The position numbers and the translations under genes are program-made. A stretch of 64,000 bases of DNA from the NCBI RefSeq assembly GCF_009914755.1, contig NC_060937.1; one strand, 5' to 3'. Positions 47,801-62,800 of this stretch are shown one piece after another. The notes under the pieces were generated by a model, which searched no databases, had not been told where the DNA came from, and saw nothing but the letters and a program-made list of their open reading frames with translations. This stretch comes from the human T2T-CHM13v2.0 reference genome, Homo sapiens. How positions within the stretch are numbered: position 1 is the first letter of the stretch; each line of letters begins with the position of its first letter.

Positions 47801-50800
47801 ATTGTACATAAAATATCAAAGTACCCAACTTATACATTATATACTGTACATAAAATATGAAATTACATCAAATATATATTATATTAGGTACATAAAATAC
47901 GAAAGTACATCAAACATAGATTATATACTGTACATAAAATATCAAAGTACCCCAAATATATATTACATACTCTACATGAAATATCAAAGTTCACAAACTA
48001 TATATTATATACTGTACATAAAATATCAAAGTACCCAAGGTACATATTCTATACTGTACAAAAAATATCAAAGTACCCAAAGCATGTATTATATACTGTA
48101 TATAAAATATGAAAGTACATCAAATATATATTTTATTCTGTACGTAAAATATCAAAGTACTCCAGATATGTATTCTATACTGTACATAAAATAACAAAGT
48201 ACAAAAACTATAAATTATATACTGTACATAAAATATGAAATTACATCAAATACATATTAGGTACATAAAATATGAAAGTACATCAAATATAGATTATATA
48301 CTGTACATAAAATATCAATGTACCCCAAATATATATTTTATACTCTACATGAAATATCAAAGTTCACAAACCATATATTATATACTGTACATAAAATATC
48401 AAAGTAACCAAGGTATATATTCTATACTGTACAAAAAATACCAAAGTACCCAAAGCATGTATTATATAATGTACATAACATATGAAAGTACATCAAATAT
48501 ATATTTTATTCTGTACATGAAATATCAAAGTACACCAGATATATATTCTATAGTGTACATAAAATATCAAAGTACCCAAACTATACATTATATACTGTAC
48601 ATAAAATATGAAATTACATCAAATATATATTATATTAGGTACATAAAATAAGAAAGAACATCAAATGTAGATTATATACTGTACATAAAATATCAAAGTA
48701 CCCCAAATATATATTATATACTCTACATGAAATATCAAAGTTCACAAACCATATATTATATACTGTACATAAAATATCAAAGTACCCAAGGTATATATTC
48801 TATAATGTACAAAAAATATCAAAGTAACCAAAGCGTGTATTATATACTGTATATAAAATATGAAATTACATCAAATATATATTAGGTACATAAAATATGA
48901 AAGTACAACAAATATAGATTATATACTGTACTTAAAATATCAAAGTACCCCAAATATATATTATATACTGTACATGAAATATCAAAGTTCACAAACTATA
49001 TATTATATACTGTACATAAAATATCAAAGTACCCAAGGTATATATTCTATACTGTACAAAAAATATCAAAGTACCCAAAGCACGTATTATATACTGTACA
49101 TAAAATATGAAAGTACATCAAATATATATTTTATTCTGTACATAAAATATCAAAGTACACCAGATATATATTCTATAGTGTACATAAAATAACAAAGTAC
49201 ACAAACTATAAATTATATACTGTACATAAAATATGAAATTACATCAAATATATATTAGGTACATAAAATATGAAAGTACATCAAACATAGATTATATACT
49301 GTACATGAAATATCAATGTAACCCAAATATATATTATATACTCTACATGAAATATCAAAGTTCACAAACCGTATATTATATACTGTACGTAAAATATCAA
49401 AGTACCCAAGGTATATATTCTATATTGTACAAAAAATATCAAAGTACCCATAGCATGTATTATATACTGTACATAAAATATGAAAGTACATCAAATATAT
49501 ATTTTATTCTGTACATAAAATATCAAAGTACACCAGATATATATTCTATAGGATACATAAAATATCAAAGTACCCAAACTATAAATTATATAATTTACAT
49601 AAAATATGAAATTACATCAAATATATATTAGGTACATAAAATATGAAAGTACATCAAATATAGATTATATACTGTACATAAAATATCAAAGTACCCCAAA
49701 TATATATTATATACTGTACATGAAATATCAAAGTTCACAAACTATATATTATATACTGTACATAAAATATCAAAGTACCGAAGGGATGTATTCTATACTG
49801 TACAAAAAATATCAAAGTACCCAAAGCATGTATTATATACTGTACATAAAATATGAAAGTACATGAAATATATATTTTATTCTGTACATAAAATATCAAA
49901 GTACACCAAATATATATTCTATAGTGTACATAAAATATCAAAGTACCCAGACTATACATTATCTACTGTACATAAAACATGAAATTACATCCAATATAAA
50001 TTATATTAGGTACATAAAATATGAAAGTACATCAAATATAAATTATATACTGTACTTAAAATACCAAAGAACCCCAAATATATATTATATACTGTACATG
50101 AAATATCAAAGTTCACAAACTATATGTTATATACTGTACATAAAATATCAAACTACCCAAGGTATATATTCTATACTGTACAAAAAATATCAAAGTACCC
50201 AAAGCATGTATTATGTAGTGTATATAAAATATGAAAGTACATCAAATATATATTTAATTCTGTACATAAAATATCAAAGTACACCAAATATATATTCTAT
50301 ACTGTACATAAAATATCAAAGTACCCAAACTATACATTATATACTGTACATAAATTATGAAATTACATCAAATATATATTATATTAGGTACATAAAATAT
50401 GAAAGTACATCAAATATAGATTATACACTGTACATAAAATACCAAAGAACCCCAAATATATATTATATACTGTACATGAAATATCAAAGTTCACAAACTA
50501 TATATTGTATACTGTACATAAAATATCAAAGTACCCAAGGTATATATTCTATACTGTACAAAAAATATCAAAGTACCCAAAGCATGTATTATATAGTGTA
50601 TATAAAATATGAAAGTACATCAAATATATATTTAATTCTGTACATAAAATATCAAAGTACACCAAATATATATTCTATACTGTACATAAAATATCAAAGT
50701 ACCCAAACTATACATTATATAGTGTACATAAAATATGAAATTACTTCAAATATATATTATATTAGGTACATAAAATATGAAAGTACATCAAATATAGATT

Positions 50801-53800
50801 ATACACTGTACATAAAATACCAAAGAACCCCAAATATATATTATATACTGTACATGAAATATCAAAGTTCACAAACTATATATTATATAATGTACATAAA
50901 ATATCAAAGTACCCAAGGTATATATTCTATACTGTACAAAAAATATCAAAGTACGCAAACATGTATTATATACTGTACATAAAATATGAAATTACATCAA
51001 ATATATATTATATTAGGTACATAAAATATGAAAGTACATCAAATATACATTATATACTGTACATAAAATACCAAAGTACCCCAAATATATATTATATACT
51101 GTACATGAAATATCAAAGTTCACAAACTATATATTATATACTGTACATAAAATATCAAAGTACCCAAGGTATATATTCTATACTGCACAAAAAATATCAA
51201 AGTACCCAAAGCATGTATTATATACTGTATATAAAATATGAAAGTACATCAAATATATATTTTATTCTGTACATAAAATATCAAAGTACACCAGATATAT
51301 ATTCTACACTGTACATAAAATATCAAATTACCCAAACTATACATTATATACTGTACATAAAATATAAGATTACATCAAATATATATTATATTAGGTACAT
51401 AAAATATGAAAGTACATCAGATATAGATTATATACTGTACATAAAATATCAAAGTACCCCAAATATATATTATATACTCTACATGAAATATCAAAGTTGG
51501 CAAACTATATATTATATACTGTACATAAAATATCAAAGTACCCAAGGTATATATTCTATACTGTACAAAAAATATCAAAGTTCCCAAAGCATGTATTATA
51601 TACTGTACATAAAATATGAAAGTACATCAAGTATATATTTTATTCTGTACATAAAATATCAAAGTACACCAGATATATATTCTATAGTGTACATAAAATA
51701 ACAAAGTACACAAACTATACATTATATACTGTACATAAAATATGAAATTACATCAAATATATATTAGGTACATAAAATATGAAAGTACATCAAATATAGG
51801 TTATATACTGTACATAAAATATCAAACTACCCCAAATATATATTATATACTCTACATGAAATATCAAAGTTCACAAACCATATATTATATACTGTACATA
51901 AAATATCAAAGTACCCAAGGTATATATTCTATACTGTACAAAAAATATCAAAGTACCCAAAGCATGTATTATATACTGTACATAAAATATGAGAGTACAT
52001 CAAATATATATTTTATTCTGTACATAAAATATCAAAGTACACCAGATTTATATTCTATAGTGTACATAAAATAACAAAGTACAAAAACTATAAATTATAT
52101 ACTGTACATAAAATATGAAATTACATCAAATACATATTAGGTACATAAAATATGAAAGTACATCAAATATAGATTATATACTGTACATAAAATATCAATG
52201 TACCCCAAATATATATTTTATACTCTACATGAAATATCAAAGTTCACAAACCATATACTATATACTGTACATAAAATATCAAAGTAACCAAGGTATATAT
52301 TCTATACTGTACAAAAAATCCCAAAGTACCCAAAGCATGTATTATATAATGTACATAACATATGAAAGTACATCAAATATATATTTTATTCTGTACATGA
52401 AATATCAAAGTACACCAGATATATATTCTATAGTGTACATAAAATATCAAAGTACCCAAACTATACATTATATACTGTACATAAAATATGAAATTACATC
52501 AAATATATATTATATTAGGTACATAAAATATGAAAGAACATCAAATGTAGATTATATACTGTACATAAAATATCAAAGTACCCCAAATATATATTATATA
52601 CTCTACATGAAATATCAAAGTTCACAAACCATATATTATATACTGTACATAAAATATCAAAGTACCCAAGGTATATATTCTATAATGTACAAAAAATATC
52701 AAAGTAACCAAAGCGTGTATTATATACTGTATATAAAATATGAAATTACATCAAATATATATTTTATTCTGAACATAAAATATCAAAGTACACCAGATAT
52801 ATATTCTATATTGTACCTAAAATATCAAAGTACCCAACCTATACATTATATACTGTACATAAAATATGAAATTACATCAAATATATATTATATTAGGTAC
52901 ATAAAATACGAAAGTACATCAAACATAGATTATATACTGTACATAAAATATCAAAGTACCCCAAATATATATTACATACTCTACATGAAATATCAAAGTT
53001 CACAAACTATATATTATATACTGTACATAAAATATCAAAGTACCCAAGGTACATATTCTATACTGTACAAAAAATATCAAAGTACCCAAAGCATGTATTA
53101 TATACTGTATATAAAATATGAAAGTACATCAAATATATATTTTATTCTGTACGTAAAATATCAAAGTACACCAGATATATATTCTATAGTGTACATAAAA
53201 TAACAAAGTACAAAAACTATAAATTATATACTGTACATAAAATATGAAATTACATCAAATACATATTAGGTACATAAAATATGAAAGTACATCAAATATA
53301 GATTATATACTGTACATAAAATATCAATGTACCCCAAATATATATTTTATACTCTACATGAAATATCAAAGTTCACAAACCATATATTATATACTGTACA
53401 TAAAATATCAAAGTAACCAAGGTATATATTCTATACTGTACAAAAAATACCAAAGTACCCAAAGCATGTATTATATAATGTACATAACATATGAAAGTAC
53501 ATCAAATATATATTTTATTCTGTACATGAAATATCAAAGTACACCAGATATATATTCTATAGTGTACATAAAATATCAAAGTACCCAAACTATACATTAT
53601 ATACTGTACATAAAATATGAAATTACATCAAATATATATTATATTAGGTACATAAAATAAGAAAGAACATCAAATGTAGATTATATACTGTACATAAAAT
53701 ATCAAAGTACCCCAAATATATATTATATACTCTACATGAAATATCAAAGTTCACAAACCATATATTATATACTGTACATAAAATATCAAACTACCCAAGG

Positions 53801-56800
53801 TATATATTCTATAATGTACAAAAAATATCAAAGTAACCAAAGCGTGTATTATATACTTTATATAAAATATGAAATTACATCAAAAATATATTAGGTACAT
53901 AAAATATGAAAGTACATCAAATATAGATTATATACTGTACTTAAAATATCAATGTACCCCAAATATATATTTTATACTCTACATGAAATATCAAAGTTCA
54001 CAAACTATATATTATATACTGTACGTAAAATATCAAAATACCCAAGGTATATATTCTATACTGAACAAAAAATATCAAAGTACCCAAAGCATGTATTATA
54101 TACTGTACATAAAATATGAAAGTACATCAAATATATATCTTATTCTGTACATAAAATATCAATGTACACCAGATATATATTCTATAGTGTACATAAAATA
54201 TCAAAGTACCCAAACTATACATTATATACTGTACAGAAAATATGAAATTACAGCAAATATATATTATATTAGGTACATAAAATATGAAAGTACATCAAAT
54301 ATAGATTATATACTGTACATTAAATACCAAAGTAACCCAAATATATATTTTATACTGTACATGAAATATCAAAGTTCACAAACCATATATTATATACTGT
54401 ACATAAAATATCAAAGTACACAAGGTATATATTCTATACTGTACAAAAAGTATCAAAGTACCCAAAGCATGTATTATAAACTGTACATAAAATATGAAAG
54501 TACATCAAATATATATTTTATTCTGTACATAAAATATCAAAGTACACCAGATATACATTCTACACTGTACATAAAATATCAAATTACCCAAACTATACAT
54601 TATATACTGTACATAAAATATAAGATTACATCAAATATATATTATATTAGGTACATAAAATATGAAAGTACATCAGATATAGATTATATACTGTACATAA
54701 AATATCAAAGTACCCCAAATATATATTATATACTCTACATGAAATATCAAAGTTCACAAACCATATATTATATACTGTACATAAAATATCAAAGTACCCA
54801 AAGTATATATTCTATACTGTACAAAAAATATCAAAGTACCCAAAGCATGTATTATATACTGTATATAAAATATGAAAGTACATTAAATACATATTTTTTT
54901 CTGTACATAAAATATCAAAGTACACCAGATATATATTCTATAGTGTACATAAAATAACAAAGTACACAAACTATAAATTATATACTGTACATAAAATATG
55001 AAATTACATCAAATATATATTAGGTACATAAAATATGAAAGTACATCAAATATAGATTATATACTGTACATAAAATATCAATGTACCCGAAATATATATT
55101 TTATACTCTACATGAAATATCAAAGTTCACAAACCATATATTATATACTGTACATAAAATATCAAAGTACCCAAGGTATATATTCTATACTATACAAAAA
55201 ATATCAAAGTACCCAAAGCATGTATTATATACTGTATATAAAATATGAAAGTACATCAAATATATATTTTATTCTGTACATAAAATATCAAAGTACACCA
55301 GATATATATTCTATAGTGTACATAAAATATCAAAGTACCCAAACTATACATTATATACTGTACATAAAATATGAGATTACATCAAATATATATTATATTA
55401 GGTACATAAAATATGAAAGTACATCAGATATAGATTATATACTGTACATAAAATATCAAAGTACCCCAAATATGTATTATATACTCTACATGAAATATCA
55501 AAGTTCGCAAACTATATATTATATACTGTACATAAAATATCAAAGTACCCAAGGTATATATTCTATACTGTACAAAAAATATCAAAGTACCCAAAGCATG
55601 TATTATATACTGTACATAAAATATGAAAATACATTAAATATATATTTTATTCTGTACATAAAATATCAAAGTACTCCAGATATATATTCTATAGTGTACA
55701 TAAAATAACAAAGTACACAAAGTATAAATTATATACTGTACGTAAAATATGAAATTACAACAAATATATATTAGGTACATAAAATATGAAAGTACATCAA
55801 ATATAGATTATATACTGTACATATAATATCAATGTACCCCAAATATATATTTTATACTCTACATGAAATATCAAAGTTCACAAACCATACATTATATACT
55901 GTACATAAAATATCAAAGTACCCAAGGTATATATTCTATACTGTACAAAAAATATCAAAGTACCCAAAGCATGTATTTTATACTGTACATAAAATATGAA
56001 AGTACATCAAATACATATTTTATTCTGTACATAAAATATCAAAGTACACCAGATATATATTCTATAGTTTACATAAAATAACAAAGTACACAAACTATAC
56101 ATTATATACTGTACATAAAATATGAAATTACATCAAATATATATTAGGTACATAAAATATGAAAGTACATCAAATATAGATTATATACTGTACATATAAT
56201 ATCAATGTACCCCAAATATATATTTTATACTCTACATGAAATATCAAAGTTCACAAACCATATATTATATACTGTACATAAAATATCAAAGTACCCAAGG
56301 TATATATTCTATACTGTACAAAAAATATCAAAGTACCCAAAGCATGTATTATATACTGTACATAAAATATGAATGTACATCAAATATATATTTTATTCTG
56401 TACATAAAATATCAAAGTACACCAGATATATATTCTATAGTGTACATAAAATATCAAAAGTACCCAAACTATACATTATACACTGTACATAAAATATGAA
56501 ATTTCATCAAATATATATTATATTAGGTACATAAAATATGAAAGTACATCAAATATAGATTATATACTGTACATTAAATACCAAAGTACCCCAAATATAT
56601 ATTTTATACTCTACATGAAATATCAAAGTTCACAAACCATATATTATATACTGTACATAAAATATCAAAGTACCCAAGGTATATATTCTATACTGTACAA
56701 AAAATACCAAAGTACCCAAAGCATGTATTATATAATGTACATAACATATGAAAGTACATCAAATATATATTTTATTCTGTACATGAAATATCAAAGTACA

Positions 56801-59800
56801 CCAGATATATATTCTATAGTGTACATAAAATATCAAAGTACCCAAACTATACATTATATACTGTACATAAAATATGAAATTACATCAAATATATATTATA
56901 TTAGGTACATAAAATATGAAAGAACATCAAATGTAGATTATATACTGTACATAAAATATCAAAGTACCCCAAATATATATTATATACTCTACATGAAATA
57001 TCAAAGTTCACAAACCATATAATATATACTGTACATAAAATATCAAAGTACCCAAGGTATATATTCTATAATGTACAAAAAATATCAAAGTAACCAAAGC
57101 GTGTATTATATACTGTATATAAAATATGAAATTACATCAAATATATATTTTATTCTGAACATAAAATATCAAAGTACACCAGATATATATTCTATATTGT
57201 ACATAAAATATCAAAGTACCCAAACTATACATTATATACTGTACATAAAATATGAAATTACATCAAATATATATTATATTAGGTACATAAAATACGAAAG
57301 TACATCAAACATAGATTATATACTGTACATAAAATATCAAAGTACCCCAAATATATATTACATACTCTACATGAAATATCAAAGTTCACAAACTATATAT
57401 TATATACTGTACATAAAATATCAAAGTACCCAAGGTACATATTCTGTACTGTACAAAAAATATCAAAGTACCCAAAGCATGTATTATATACTGTATATAA
57501 AATATGAAAGTACATCAAATATATATTTTATTCTGTACGTAAAATATCAAAGTACACCAGATATATATTCTATAGTGTACATAAAATAACAAAGTACAAA
57601 AACTATAAATTATATACTGTACATAAAATATGAAATTACATCAAATACATATTAGGTACATAAAATATGAAATTACATCAAATATAGATTATGTACTGTA
57701 CATAAAATATCAATGTACCCCAAATATATATTTTATACTCTACATGAAATATCAAAGTTCACAAACCATATATTAAATACTGTACATAAAATATCAAAGT
57801 AACCAAGGTATATATTCTATACTGTACAAAAAATACCAAAGTACCCAAAGCATGTATTATATAATGTACATAACATATGAAAGTACATCAAATATATATT
57901 TTATTCTGTACATGAAATATCAAAGTACACCAGATATATATTCTATAGTGTACATAAAATATCAAAGTACCCAAACTATACATTATATACTGTACATAAA
58001 ATATGAAATTACATCAAATATATATTATATTAGGTACATAAAATAAGAAAGAACATCAAATGTAGATTATATACTGTATATAAAATATCAAAGTACCCCA
58101 AATATATATTATATACTCTACATGAAATATCAAACTTCGCAAACTATATATTATATACTGTACATAAAATATCAAAGTACCCAAGGTATATATTCTATAC
58201 TGTACAAAAAATATCAAAGTACCCAAAGCATGTATTATATACTGTACATAAAATATGAAAATACATTAAATATATATTTTATTCTGTACATAAAATATCA
58301 AAGTACTCCAGATATATATTCTATAGTGTACATAAAATATCAAAGTACCCAGACTATACATTATCTACTGTACATAAAACATGAAATTACATCCAATATA
58401 AATTATATTAGGTACATAAAATATGAAAGTACATCAAATATAAATTATATACTGTACTTAAAATACCAAAGAACCCCAAATATATATTATATACTGTACA
58501 TGAAATATCAAAGTTCACAAACTATATGTTATATACTGTACATAAAATATCAAACTACCCAAGGTATATATTCTATACTGTACAAAAAATATCAAAGTAC
58601 CCATAGCATGTATTATATACTGTACATAAAATATGAAAGTACATCAAATATATATTTTATTCTGTACATAAAATATCAAAGTACACCAGATATATATTCT
58701 ATAGGATACATAAAATATCAAAGTACCCAAACTATAAATTATATAATTTACATAAAATATGAAATTACATCAAATATATATTAGGTACATAAAATATGAA
58801 AGTACATCAAATATAGATTATATACTGTACATAAAATATCAAAGTACCCCAAATATATATTATATACTGTACATGAAATATCAAAGTTCACAAACTATAT
58901 ATTATATACTGTACATAAAATATCAAAGTACCGAAGGGATGTATTCTATACTGTACAAAAAATATCAAAGTACCCAAAGCATGTATTATATACTGTACAT
59001 AAAATATGAAAGTACATGAAATATATATTTTATTCTGTACATAAAATATCAAAGTACACCAAATATATATTCTATAGTGTACATAAAATATCAAAGTACC
59101 CAGACTATACATTATCTACTGTACATAAAACATGAAATTACATCCAATATAAATTATATTAGGTACATAAAATATGAAAGTACATCAAATATAAATTATA
59201 TACTGTACTTAAAATACCAAAGAACCCCAAATATATATTATATACTGTACATGAAATATCAAAGTTCACAAACTATATGTTATATACTGTACATAAAATA
59301 TCAAACTACCCAAGGTATATATTCTATACTGTACAAAAAATATCAAAGTACCCAAAGCATGTATTATGTAGTGTATATAAAATATGAAAGTACATCAAAT
59401 ATATATTTAATTCTGTACATAAAATATCAAAGTACACCAAATATATATTCTATACTGTACATAAAATATCAAAGTACCCAAACTATACATTATATACTGT
59501 ACATAAATTATGAAATTACATCAAATATATATTATATTAGGTACATAAAATATGAAAGTACATCAAATATAGATTATACACTGTACATAAAATACCAAAG
59601 AACCCCAAATATATATTATATACTGTACATGAAATATCAAAGTTCACAAACTATATATTGTATACTGTACATAAAATATCAAAGTACCCAAGGTATATAT
59701 TCTATACTGTACAAAAAATATCAAAGTACCCAAAGCATGTATTATATAGTGTATATAAAATATGAAAGTACATCAAATATATATTTAATTCTGTACATAA

Positions 59801-62800
59801 AATATCAAAGTACACCAAATATATATTCTATACTGTACATAAAATATCAAAGTACCCAAACTATACATTATATAGTGTACATAAAATATGAAATTACTTC
59901 AAATATATATTATATTAGGTACATAAAATATGAAAGTACATCAAATATAGATTATACACTGTACATAAAATACCAAAGAACCCCAAATATATATTATATA
60001 CTGTACATGAAATATCAAAGTTCACAAACTATATATTATATAATGTACATAAAATATCAAAGTACCCAAGGTATATATTCTATACTGTACAAAAAATATC
60101 AAAGTACGCAAACATGTATTATATACTGTACATAAAATATGAAATTACATCAAATATATATTATATTAGGTACATAAAATATGAAAGTACATCAAATATA
60201 CATTATATACTGTACATAAAATACCAAAGTACCCCAAATATATATTATATACTGTACATGAAATATCAAAGTTCACAAACTATATATTATATACTGTACA
60301 TAAAATATCAAAGTACCCAAGGTATATATTCTATACTGCACAAAAAATATCAAAGTACCCAAAGCATGTATTATATACTGTATATAAAATATGAAAGTAC
60401 ATCAAATATATATTTTATTCTGTACATAAAATATCAAAGTACACCAGATATATATTCTACACTGTACATAAAATATCAAATTACCCAAACTATACATTAT
60501 ATACTGTACATAAAATATAAGATTACATCAAATATATATTATATTAGGTACATAAAATATGAAAGTACATCAGATATAGATTATATACTGTACATAAAAT
60601 ATCAAAGTACCCCAAATATATATTATATACTCTACATGAAATATCAAAGTTGGCAAACTATATATTATATACTGTACATAAAATATCAAAGTACCCAAGG
60701 TATATATTCTATACTGTACAAAAAATATCAAAGTTCCCAAAGCATGTATTATATACTGTACATAAAATATGAAAGTACATCAAGTATATATTTTATTCTG
60801 TACATAAAATATCAAAGTACACCAGATATATATTCTATAGTGTACATAAAATAACAAAGTACACAAACTATACATTATATACTGTACATAAAATATGAAA
60901 TTACATCAAATATATATTAGGTACATAAAATATGAAAGTACATCAAATATAGGTTATATACTGTACATAAAATATCAAACTACCCCAAATATATATTATA
61001 TACTCTACATGAAATATCAAAGTTCACAAACCATATATTATATACTGTACATAAAATATCAAAGTACCCAAGGTATATATTCTATACTGTACAAAAAATA
61101 TCAAAGTACCCAAAGCATGTATTATATACTGTACATAAAATATGAGAGTACATCAAATATATATTTTATTCTGTACATAAAATATCAAAGTACACCAGAT
61201 TTATATTCTATAGTGTACATAAAATAACAAAGTACAAAAACTATAAATTATATACTGTACATAAAATATGAAATTACATCAAATACATATTAGGTACATA
61301 AAATATGAAAGTACATCAAATATAGATTATATACTGTACATAAAATATCAATGTACCCCAAATATATATTTTATACTCTACATGAAATATCAAAGTTCAC
61401 AAACCATATACTATATACTGTACATAAAATATCAAAGTAACCAAGGTATATATTCTATACTGTACAAAAAATCCCAAAGTACCCAAAGCATGTATTATAT
61501 AATGTACATAACATATGAAAGTACATCAAATATATATTTTATTCTGTACATGAAATATCAAAGTACACCAGATATATATTCTATAGTGTACATAAAATAT
61601 CAAAGTACCCAAACTATACATTATATACTGTACATAAAATATGAAATTACATCAAATATATATTATATTAGGTACATAAAATATGAAAGAACATCAAATG
61701 TAGATTATATACTGTACATAAAATATCAAAGTACCCCAAATATATATTATATACTCTACATGAAATATCAAAGTTCACAAACCATATATTATATACTGTA
61801 CATAAAATATCAAAGTACCCAAGGTATATATTCTATAATGTACAAAAAATATCAAAGTAACCAAAGCGTGTATTATATACTGTATATAAAATATGAAATT
61901 ACATCAAATATATATTTTATTCTGAACATAAAATATCAAAGTACACCAGATATATATTCTATATTGTACCTAAAATATCAAAGTACCCAACCTATACATT
62001 ATATACTGTACATAAAATATGAAATTACATCAAATATATATTATATTAGGTACATAAAATACGAAAGTACATCAAACATAGATTATATACTGTACATAAA
62101 ATATCAAAGTACCCCAAATATATATTACATACTCTACATGAAATATCAAAGTTCACAAACTATATATTATATACTGTACATAAAATATCAAAGTACCCAA
62201 GGTACATATTCTATACTGTACAAAAAATATCAAAGTACCCAAAGCATGTATTATATACTGTATATAAAATATGAAAGTACATCAAATATATATTTTATTC
62301 TGTACGTAAAATATCAAAGTACACCAGATATATATTCTATAGTGTACATAAAATAACAAAGTACAAAAACTATAAATTATATACTGTACATAAAATATGA
62401 AATTACATCAAATACATATTAGGTACATAAAATATGAAAGTACATCAAATATAGATTATATACTGTACATAAAATATCAATGTACCCCAAATATATATTT
62501 TATACTCTACATGAAATATCAAAGTTCACAAACCATATATTATATACTGTACATAAAATATCAAAGTAACCAAGGTATATATTCTATACTGTACAAAAAA
62601 TACCAAAGTACCCAAAGCATGTATTATATAATGTACATAACATATGAAAGTACATCAAATATATATTTTATTCTGTACATGAAATATCAAAGTACACCAG
62701 ATATATATTCTATAGTGTACATAAAATATCAAAGTACCCAAACTATACATTATATACTGTACATAAAATATGAAATTACATCAAATATATATTATATTAG

